A stretch of 63,762 nt of DNA, the filler included, from Dicyema japonicum (taxonomy: Eukaryota > Animalia > Dicyemida): the NCBI GenBank assembly GCA_011109175.1. It is 4 parts of 4 records of this genome, joined end to end, with 100 filler letters (N's around TTAATTAATTAA, not from the genome) between each part and the next. Parts side by side here need not be neighbours in the genome. Positions count along the whole stretch, not along the records: positions 29,527 to 55,511 come from RDEW01000045.1; positions 55,612 to 62,247 come from RDEW01000158.1; positions 62,348 to 63,762 come from RDEW01000102.1; 1 more part is not named here. One strand, given 5' to 3'. Under the pieces are notes generated by a model. That model made no database searches. It was not told where the DNA came from and saw only the letters and a list, made by a program, of their open reading frames with translations. Of the stretch, positions 54,015-63,762 are shown in pieces; position 1 is the first letter of the stretch, and each line of letters starts with the position of its first letter. The position numbers were made by a program, and so were the translations under genes.

Positions 54015-54189
54015 AAACACGAGTATAGTCTTCGCTGTACACTATTTTCTATTATAAATGTTCAATTTATAAAATTTTATTTAATTCATAAATGATTATT
54101 ACCACTTTTGTTGTATATTTTTTGGTTTAAATAAAAATAAAATTCATATCTCCATTACTATTGTATCCATTGAAGGCGGATCTCCCCAC

Positions 54190-54800
54190 ACTGGAAGTCG
54201 AAAATGATGTTCTTATGACTTATGTCGACGAAATTGTCATTTTGTACGTGATCGAGACATCCAGATTCCTACTACGAGATTGCAACACAATCTGGACCTT
54301 CACAACGAATGGTTATTGAAGAATTGCCTGTCCACCAGAACTGAGAAGTCCGTCACAACTCTACATTAGACAAGAGACTGGGAAGACGCACGGTCGATTT
54401 GAAAACTAACTATGATATTTTCTGGTTCAGAAAATCCCAAAAGATCCTTGGGGTGACTTTTGAAATGCACATGTCATGTAATTACAAAATGTGGAAAAAA
54501 CTAATGTTTGGAAATGTCTATCTGGATTATGGATGATAGTAAATGTTGTCATAAAACTCCACCACTTGGGTCTGATCAGAGGCCGACTCAAAAAAGTTGG
54601 ACTTTTCACCCAACACAATTAAAGCAGACGATGTCGTTCCGATGGCGCTCCAGAATATAGAACAGAACTATGTACGAGAAGACAAGTTGTCCCCTAATCT
54701 AGATCGAAATCACAGAAGCTAGATGGTGACTATTTGGACATGTTCTGGGAATGGACCTAAGGGAAGAAATCCTTACCGGTACACGTTCAACACAATTTTC
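54190..54800 (+). mobile_element. Decayed LINE RT fragments
   Basis: ENDVLMTYVDEIVIL, KILGVTFE, LFGHVLG. Confidence 0.5.
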
Positions 54801-55511
54801 GTTGAGACAATTGCACGTATAAGCAGGGAGTTACTGTTTTTTCCCAAGAGACTGGGCCATCTCGCTTCCCTCGGGAACCATGACGCCCTTTAAATATAGT
54901 ATCTCCCTTAGTTGATTCTGGTTGCTATCAGAAAAAACAACGGGGTATTATTCTGTCGGTAATCAATAGTTTAAATTGTTAACAATTGGGTCAAAACTTG
55001 ATTGTTTTACACCTTCATAATAGACCAGAACTTGAAAAAACACGGACAAGATTATTTGCATTTACAATCTGTTTCCTTCCTTTAAGCTCACACAAACCCG
55101 GTATTGGTGAGATGCACGATCTACCAGTATTTCCGTTTGGACAGATTGGGGCTTCCAGGGGAGTTAGTGGGAGGTTGATCCTGTGATGCGATAGATGAAC
55201 CCCAAGAAGGGTGTGCGTAAAAAGTAAATTGTTTGATGCACTGCTTGTGGAGTGTTTCTATGATAAGACGGTATTGAACTTCCATTATTAAGCACTATTC
55301 GAGGCATTATTCTTGTGACGTCCTGTCGCGGATATGATTGGCCAATCTTTCCCACGCTCTTCTGTTGCGTCATTTCTTATGGAGAGTTTCCAGATTTTCC
55401 AAGGTTAAATGGGTAATCGATGAGGATAATCAGTAGGGTAATTCTTGGTATATCGATATTTTCTGGTAATTGCTAACGTGAATTTTCCATCGTGTATTTT
55501 GTCATGATTGC

Positions 55512-55611
55512 NNNNNNNNNNNNNNNNNNNNNNNNNNNNNNNNNNNNNNNNNNNNTTAATTAATTAANNNNNNNNNNNNNNNNNNNNNNNNNNNNNNNNN
55601 NNNNNNNNNNN
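55512..55611. other. Artificial contig spacer
   Basis: N44-TTAATTAATTAA-N44. Confidence 0.95.
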
Positions 55612-56982
55612 AGTTGTGAGGAAATGCGCTCAATAAGTTGAGTCACATCTGGTTACCCATATTCCTTTACACAATTAGCTATCCAATATGGTTATCGTTG
55701 TTAGTGATTAGGGATCCAATATGATTAATCGTGGTTTTTAGGAGGTCTCTCCCTTTCTGAAACTGATCCTGGGTGAATTGCCGTCAGTGAAAGGTCTGGG
55801 GAGAACCCATCCACACAAGTGGCGTTCCTGGCAGAAGTATCTACCGCTTCCCCACGGGAAGATAGTTGGTCCCGTATGGTCTTTTGTTGGTTGAGGTCTT
55901 CCCGAGAGGTTTCAACTGAACTGGGAAATCCCGCCGTTTTCTAATAAAACATGAATTTTTGATATTAATTAATTGGTGGATTTTCATAACTGTATTAGTA
56001 GAGTTAATTACGTGACAACCACGATATAATAATGCGGAACCAAATATAATAAAAACACCAGAGACCACGGTTACACAAAATAACTAATCACATGATCCAA
56101 GCACACTCTAGCAGGGACCTCATATAGGCCCGATGCACTCCACAAGATAAAAAATGTGATCATTGTATGTTTAGTGAATTAGTGAAGGAATTGAAATACA
56201 TTTTTATTTATTTAAAAACTTCAAGACCACCAAGAAAGAAAGAATTAACTTGCTAAATTAAGTGATCCAAGCCTCCAACATCTCTCGAATTCACTTCGAA
56301 TCTCCCGCCAGTTAAACAACAGCGTTTCTGAAGTGTCTTCTTTTATTTCTGCAGAGAAAATCTATCGGAGTGCAGTTTTTTAATGCCGATCTGAATTCCT
56401 CCGCATGAACCACCCTATCTCTGAATAGTGTTTCTAGCTCATTGCACATACGTAGTAAGTCCAGGCCATTTCTCACCGTAGCCTCCTCTGAAAGCAGACT
56501 GTGGACGGATGTGGAGTCTGATTGTATATGTCTCATAATCTTCCTTCTGAGAGAATTCATACGCTTCACCCTCGTAAAAAAATAGCGAATCTCCAGGCAG
56601 AACAGGCATATTCAATCGTCGGTGCATTAACTTGAAGATATACTTTGCTGATCCAAGCAGTAGGAAGGAAGGGGCTCTTCTTTACGATGGCTTTTAGGAT
56701 GTTCCACTTTCGAAGACCATTGGTTAACACCTCCTCCGTGTGACTGGCGAACATCATCAAAGAGTCGAAAGTTACTCCAAGGATTTTCTAGATTTGTGTA
56801 TAAGGGATGGGAATGTTTCCGAGGAATATATCAAGTCCACCTTTAAATCTTCTGTCCGTAGTAAATAGGGTGACCTGGATGCAGACACAGACAGCAAATT
56901 CATAGAAAGCCAGTCACACACCTGGATTAGGTGTGACTGAACCAATGCCACAGCCCTGGAAGGAGATTTGTCCCTTGCAGCG
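55612..56982. repeat. Copy 1 of a 1.36-kb direct repeat (copy 2 at 60885-62247)
   Basis: Colinear from AGTTGTGAGGAAATGCGC to CCCTTGCAGCG; offset 5273 nt; scattered substitutions and small indels. Confidence 0.9.
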
Positions 56983-57100
56983 ATAATCAGGTAGTCTGCA
57001 TAAGATAAAAACATAGTGTCCTGATTATTGATAGTGTGTAGAAATAAGTTAAATAAGAGAGGAGACAAAGGGGAGCATTAGGGACCCTATTAGGGAGTAG
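56260..57100 (-). mobile_element. 5'-truncated LINE (RT C-terminus and 3' end)
   Basis: SPLLFNLFLHTI, FLSYADYLII, KILGVTFDS, VYLQVNAPTIEYACSAW; 3' end GGATCACTTAATTTAG. Confidence 0.75.
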
Positions 57101-57580
57101 TCTTCAATTTGAACTTCAGTAACAACATGGGAACCCATAAGGTGATTCCTTATCCCAAATTCTATACTTCAAAAAATGTACATCTGGATAAGAAAGAGGA
57201 ATGTATCACTGAATCTCGTGTCAGACTATACGACACGTTTATCAAGCAAATACTTATATACAATTCCGGATCACTGGGAACCTCAAAACCGATTTAGAGA
57301 AGCTAGATACTTTCCACAGAAGCCAACTGCTCATACTGACTGGTATCTTATGGCCTAGAAAAATCTCAAACGAAAAACTATATGCTCTATGTAAATCTGC
57401 ACTAATTAGCATGAATGTTATTCTATTGAGATGGCAACTATTTGGACATCTTCTTAGCCTGGACCCGACTACGCCGTGTAACAGAATAATGGAAGAATAC
57501 TTCTACTGCACAGGTAGTCACGGATTCGAGGCTGACCAAGAAATTCTAAGAGAATTCTGAGACAAGTGAGGGTTACAGTA
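57080..57580 (+). mobile_element. Decayed RTE-type LINE fragment
   Basis: SRVRLYDTFIKQILIYNSG and a W.LFGH-like motif, as in 32617-33685. Confidence 0.55.
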
Positions 57581-57976
57581 AAGGAGAAAATAGAGGCTTT
57601 TTAGATGTAGGTTTGCGTTCTACCTAAGTAACTTCCATTATTTTTTGAGTATTTGTTACCCCCAAACAAGGATCAAACAGTATTATAATCTCCAAATTAT
57701 CAAATATATTGCATTCGAGAGTATCGACTCTCTAAGTGACACATTCCATAGCTTGTAACCCCTACTAATTTGAATTTTAACCCTCTAAGTGACATCTTCC
57801 ATTGTTTGGCAACCTTACCCATGTGAATCCTTGAGCTACAAATATTATCGTAATCACAGTTAATCCCGTTTTAAAAACCCAGACAGTAATAGAATATAAC
57901 AAATATGAAATATAATCAAAAATGGAGAAAAACCAATATTCTAAAACTAAGTAAAATCATAGAGTTAGCCGTGTTA

Positions 57977-59924
57977 TCATCTCCCTTCAGGAGTGATCGA
58001 GTTATTTCTTCGTGAACACTTTTTAATAATAAATATCAGCGAAAATATTATAGTAGAAATCACACTAATAAAGGGATAAAGAAATAAGATATTGAAGAGT
58101 TTTAATTCTTGAAAAAGTGCAAGTCCTATTTATTTAATAATAGTACCTATCACGCACAGACCAACAAAGGTAGAGATTCCATTACTTGCCATTATTGTCG
58201 AATACATTAACGTTATATATTCCATTTCGGTGTAATCCAAAACGATCAGTCGGAGTGTATTTTCAATCACACCTAAAATTGTATGGACGAAAAATAACCC
58301 AAAGATATTCCGAAAATAACGCATAAAACAGATGTTAAAATATGAATATAAAGGGAAATCATAGCAAAATACGCCAAAAAGGACACAACCATCGATGTGA
58401 ACATTATTGGATAAGGTTCCAAATTAAACTTAATCAACAAAAGAGCGGAAAAAACTGCCCGGCCATACACCCAACTCCTATATATTAATACCAAAAATTC
58501 CAACCGATGAATGACGGTAAATAATTTTCAACTTCTATTAATAAATCAATGTATACTAAAGGAATACTGCTCACTAAATGAAATATAAAAGAAGATAAAA
58601 CGAGTAAGAAAATATTTATCTTATTCGATTTATCGGTTGTTTTTGTTACTAATTTTTTATGGACAATTTTTTTCTTTTTGTATGATTTTGGAATTTTTGG
58701 TATTTTAAGAAAGCTAGAGCATTGATCAAGATTTGCTGATGCTCTCTTGGCAATAATATCAGGGGTACTCTCCAAAAAAATATCCATTCGATTAACGGGA
58801 TTCAATAATACACATTCTAGCCATTTAGTCATTACTTTTTCTATGGTTTGGTCAGATTTATTCTTTTTGTGTAATTTTACAAACAAATTCGTCCACATTT
58901 CATTGACATCCATATTTTCATGAACATCACCTTCAAGCGGTTCCATCAGGTGGAAGTGAATTTTTGTGTTATTCTTTAATACATTTCTGATAAAAAGCCA
59001 ACAAATATTTTTAGACTTGGCATTTTCTTGTTCTCTCTGTTCCTCATTTTGGTAGTTTTGGCAGTATTCTCTGGCTATTTTAGAGACGTATTCTTTGACA
59101 GCAGATCTGTCTTTGTGTGCTAGTCTGCGGGGACTAAACAAAAATCCCAGTAATGAGATGATAAAAGTGAAAGATCCGAAGATTGTGATACTCACATTGA
59201 ATGTAAAATGGTTGAATAGCTCATTGATTATGACTGGGATTACAAATGCACCGATTCCTCGTGCAACAGAAATAACAGCGATGGCAATATGTCGTTTCTC
59301 AATAAAATAAACACTGAGTTGAGCACTGGAAGAGACGAAGGCCACCCCAAAGCCAATTCCTAATGTGAATTAATCAAATACCAGGAAATATCGATAGTGT
59401 CAGAAAATACAGTTCAAATATTCCGACGAAATATGTTGAAATAAGCGAAATAGACAAAACCAACCCCGAACTTATCAGCAAGACCTTTGGTGTGGTAACT
59501 CTAAGAAGAATCGTTGAAGGTAAAGCTAAAGTAAACCAAATTGGTCTACCAATTATGTTCACAGCGAGGAATAATACAGTTGGAATAAGCGCTACTATGT
59601 TGGATGGAAAATCTTTTTTGAGTTTGATAATTATTATTCCAATCGANAAGCTAAAGTAAACCAAATTGGTCTACCAATTATGTTCACAGCGAGGAATAAT
59701 ACAGTTGGAATAAGCTCTGCTATGTTGGATGGAAAATCTTCTTTGAGTTTGATAATTATTATTCCAATCGAACAAGTTAATCCTGTGTAGAAAAACGAAA
59801 TAAGAGAGCATACAACCACGATCAACCACCCGTGGCCTCCTTCTGGCGCCTGTACTGGGGACAATATTTTAATTAAAGTCTCCTCGTCAAATGCATCTTC
59901 ATCTCTGTCAATAGACTCCGACAT
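57977..59924 (-). CDS. SLC16/MCT-family MFS transporter; few introns; ~125-nt duplication at 59523-59771
   Basis: PEGGHGWLIVVV (SLC16 TM1 signature), YFIEKRHIAIAVISVARGIG, a long central loop and a second hydrophobic half ending ...ITPEGR*. Confidence 0.82.
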
Positions 59925-60884
59925 AATAAAGTAAATACGCTGTCTTGTTTAATTTATATTTCCAAAGGTCGCATATTTTAAGATTTTTGCATATTTTAAT
60001 TTAATTTACTTTTTTGATTGTTAATTGATCTTCATGATGATATGTCTGTTAGTTTACCACTTCCATAAATATTGATCTTCATGATGATATAGCTGTTAGT
60101 TTACCACTTGCATTCTTTTCTCGTTAGGGTCAATCGTTTTGTATTCAGTAAACTGGGTCAGTTCTTACGAATGTAAAATTATTTCACAGTTCGCCGAGAG
60201 GTTAATTGATCGGATTTTCAAGTGAAAAGACTTCCGAAACCCAGGTAACCTGTAAATTCATCGCTGGTAAATTCAATGGACCACGTAAGTGGGTTTCTTC
60301 CTTCATAGAAGAGGTCGAAATTTTATTTTTTTTATTTTATATGTAAAATGTGATTTTTAAATTGAATCGGCTATATGAATCACGTGGGCAGGTCCCAAAA
60401 ATAGTTAATTACCACTTGGCTTAAACTCTGTCTTTCTTGTCTTCTCAACAAATGTCAATTCTTGTCAAACACATCCCACCCGTGAGGCGACGAGTCATTT
60501 TAAACCACAAAGTTGTTTTCCTACTCCACNCTGTCTTTCTTGTCTTCTCAACAAATGTCAACTCTTGTCAAACACATCCCACCCGTGAGGCGACGAGTCA
60601 TTTTAAACCACAAAGTTGTTTTCCTACTCCACTGATGAAGATTTCTATTATTAGAACTCTTCCGCATTTGAATAAAGTGATAACTTTAACCAATAGACCA
60701 ACCCACGTGGTCCATATCGTTAATTAGAATTTATAAATCTCATTTTAACACTTTCTTAGACAATCAAACATTTTGATCTCTTCTGGGAGATGATTCTTGG
60801 AAAGGATGGGTCCCATTGGCGGAAGTGGGTAAATTATTGAGGAAAGCTACAAAGCAGTCTACAAAAATATGTCTGACAGCTCTG

Positions 60885-62247
60885 AGTTGTGAGGAAATGC
60901 GCTCAATAAGTTGAGTCACATCTGGTTACCCATATTCCTTTACACAATTAGCTATCCAATATGGTTATCGTGGTTAGTGATTAGGGATCCAATATGGTTA
61001 ATCGTGGTTTTTAGGAGGTCTCTCCCTTTCTGAAACTGATCCTGGGTGAATTGCCGTCAGTGAAAGGTCTGGGGAGAACCCATCCACACAAGTGGCGTTC
61101 CTGGCAGAAGTATCTACCGCTTTCCCACGGGAAGATAGTTGGTCCCGTATGGTCTTTTGTTGGTTGAGGTCTTCCCGAGAGGTTTCAACTAAACTGGGAA
61201 ATCCCGCCGTTTTCTAATAAAACATGAATTTTTGATATTAATTAATTGGTGGATTTTCATAACTGTATTAGTAGAGTTAATCACGTGACAACCACGATAT
61301 AATAATGCGGAACCAAATATAATAAAAACACCAGAGACCACGGTTACACAAACTAACTAATCACATGATCCAAGCACACTCTAGCAGGGACCTCATATAG
61401 GCCCGATGCACCCCACAAGATAAAAAATGTGATCATTGTATCTTTAGTGAATTGGTGAAGGAATTGAAATACATTTTTATTTATTTAAAAACTTCAAGAC
61501 CACCAAGAAAGAAAGAATTAACTTGCTAAATTAATTGATCCAAGCCTCCAACATCTCTCGAATTCACTTCGAATGATCCGTCAGTGAAACAAAAGCGTTT
61601 CTGAAGTGTCTTCTTTTATTTCTGCAAAGGAATTCTATCGGAGTGCACTTTTTTAATGCCGATCTGAATTCCTCCGCATGAACCACCCTCTCTCTGAATG
61701 GGTTTCCTAGCTCATTGCACATACGTAGGAAGCCCAAGCTATTTCTCACCGTCGCCTCGTCTGAAAGCAGACTGAGGACGGATGTGGAGTCTGATTGTAT
61801 ATGCCTCATGATCTTCCGTCTGAGATAGTTCATACGCTCCACCCTTGTAGAAGGAATAGCTAATCTCCAGGCATATTCAATCGTCGGCGCATTACCTTAA
61901 AGATATACTTTGCTGATCTAAGCAGTAGGAGGGAAGGGGCTCTTCTTTACGATGGCTTTTAGGACGTTCCATTTTCGAAGACCCTTGGTTAAAACCTCCT
62001 CCGTGTGACTGGCGAACGTCATCAGAAAGTCGAAAGTTACTCCAAGGATCTTCTAGATTTGTGTATAAGGGATGGGAATGTTTCCGAGGAATATATCAAG
62101 TCCACCTTTAAATCTTCTGTCTGTAGTAAATAGGGTGAACTGGATGCAGACACAGACAGCAAATTCATAGAAAGCCAGTCACACACCTGGTTTAGGTGTG
62201 TCTGAACCAATGCCACAGCCCTGGAGGGAGATTTGTCCCTTGCAGCG
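60885..62247. repeat. Copy 2 of the 1.36-kb direct repeat, including the LINE 3' part; truncated at the contig end
   Basis: Aligns to 55612-56982. Confidence 0.9.
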
Positions 62248-62347
62248 NNNNNNNNNNNNNNNNNNNNNNNNNNNNNNNNNNNNNNNNNNNNTTAATTAAT
62301 TAANNNNNNNNNNNNNNNNNNNNNNNNNNNNNNNNNNNNNNNNNNNN
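62248..62347. other. Artificial contig spacer
   Basis: N44-TTAATTAATTAA-N44. Confidence 0.95.
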
Positions 62348-63762
62348 ATCGATCCGATTAGCTAGATTCTAACCCTGTTACTTAGTTGATCAAAGGATTC
62401 CTTTCTGCTTTGCTTTCTTCAATTCCTATGACCATTAACTGGATCTACTTAATTCAAAAAACGCTCAGAACCTTGTTGGCTACAAAAGTATCTCTTTTTC
62501 CCTTAGAGGGGTTTACAAAATGGAGACATGGAGGGAGGTAATTTTCAGAAAGCACGTATTAAGTAAAAAGAAAAGTAGAACTGGGTATACTTTAATTAGC
62601 CGTTAATTAATCCTTAACCTTTTTCCTGGCATTTTCAGTGTTACTAAATGACGCATGTCATCGCGTCTGGCCGTGCCAATATGTCCTGGCAAATTCTTTA
62701 GTTTGAACAATGTTTAGTCACTAAGTAAAAAATCGATTTTTAGATTTTTGAATAATATTCGAATAAAAATGATTAATTTTTAACTGGAATAATTTATTTA
62801 AACATTAGTTTTGAACATTAGTTTAGAGACTTTGGCTGGACTTGATGGCATGAGACATTAAATAATTTGTGTGTTTTTGTTTCAAAGGTTCCCATAATGA
62901 AACATTTTAAGATTTCCAAAATAACGATTACGCATTAGAAACAAGGTGTTCTTGTGACTATTTTATTGTTTGCCTTTGGCTAAATATACTTTGAAATGAA
63001 CCCCACCTAAAATTATAAAGATCTTTGATGCCAATTCTTAATGAGATCTTTATACTAGAATTGGAGACCACAGTTATAAGAATTGTAATTTTTGGAATAG
63101 TGGTTGCCGTCTACATTGAAGGAGGCAAGAGTAAGTTCCTAAACTTTGTGAGACGATAGAGCAGTTTGTTCCATAGACCATCTTCACGTTTTAGGAAATC
63201 TATTTTAACAAGATTGAAAAGTTCAGTTTTATCTTGAATTGCAGTTTCAATATGAAATAGTTACGATGGGATATTTGTTTATTTAACATGTTCACAAATA
63301 TTCACCATTATTTTCATAACCTCGACTAATCCCAAGATTGCAGGGATAAGTTTTGTCCAATTCTGGTAATAGTTTACATACGATCCGCTTGAAAGATAGT
63401 TAAGTCCCTGATTAAAAAATTTTTTAAGATTTCCGTGAAATCCCGATGGACCAAAGAAAGTAAGCGACCATGAACTGATTGCCCTACGGGGATGCCCCCA
63501 CAAAAACGCTCAGGATATCTCTTACTTAAACCTTTCGAAATCACAATATGACTTTCGTTACCTTCACTCGACAACCTCCCATCTCTCCACATTGTCGCAG
63601 TTTATTGTCGACGTTTTTAACAATTTAAAACCTCCCAAAAAAACTTTCTGGCTTCAATCGCCTTGACAAAAAACCTGTGACAGCATTTCTTGTGTGGTCC
63701 TCTCGAATAAGATCAGTTCATCATTATCCATCAAGTTTGGGCAGTCCTGGCTTACAAATTTC

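Noticed and set aside
63270-63600. DDE transposase-like remnant on the minus strand
   Set aside because: Only a loose motif resemblance (FMVAYFLW...FLIRDLTIFQADRM) with many stops; too weak to call.

Overview
AT-rich animal nuclear DNA. It consists of four contigs joined by artificial 100-nt spacers (N44-TTAATTAATTAA-N44 at 29427, 55512 and 62248), so adjacency across the spacers is not supported. Compact gene islands alternate with stretches of decayed LINEs, pogo/Tigger remnants and tRNA-derived SINEs. By manual splicing I reconstruct about 15 conserved genes: PP2A-B55, a Cav2 calcium channel, TMEM272-like, RGS12/loco-like, SVIP, KLF, a C-clamp protein, STIP1/HOP, PHETA/IPIP27, PLPBP, ATP5F1A, a CIP4/TOCA F-BAR protein, ULK/Atg1, GANAB and an SLC16 transporter. 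Nearly all introns are 21-35 nt GT-AG with almost no signal beyond the terminal dinucleotides. This matches what is reported for dicyemid mesozoans, but the organism cannot be identified from the sequence alone. Main highlights: (1) a 53-nt U12-type AT-AC intron retained among about 24-nt major introns; (2) four GC-AG introns that all start GCATA, plus one apparent GG-AG intron; (3) a Cav2 channel with an EEDE rather than EEEE selectivity filter and divergent AID and IQ motifs; (4) a small protein whose only recognisable domain is an HDBP/TCF-type C-clamp; (5) a HOP lacking TPR1-DP1; (6) a possible PKI-like micro-protein; (7) a 6.6-kb contig with 1.36-kb terminal direct repeats (tandem array, circle or haplotig). 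About 18 short tandem duplications of roughly 40-230 nt are most likely scaffolding artefacts. Gene models were spliced by eye, homology calls are from memory of the families with no database search, and TE boundaries are approximate.
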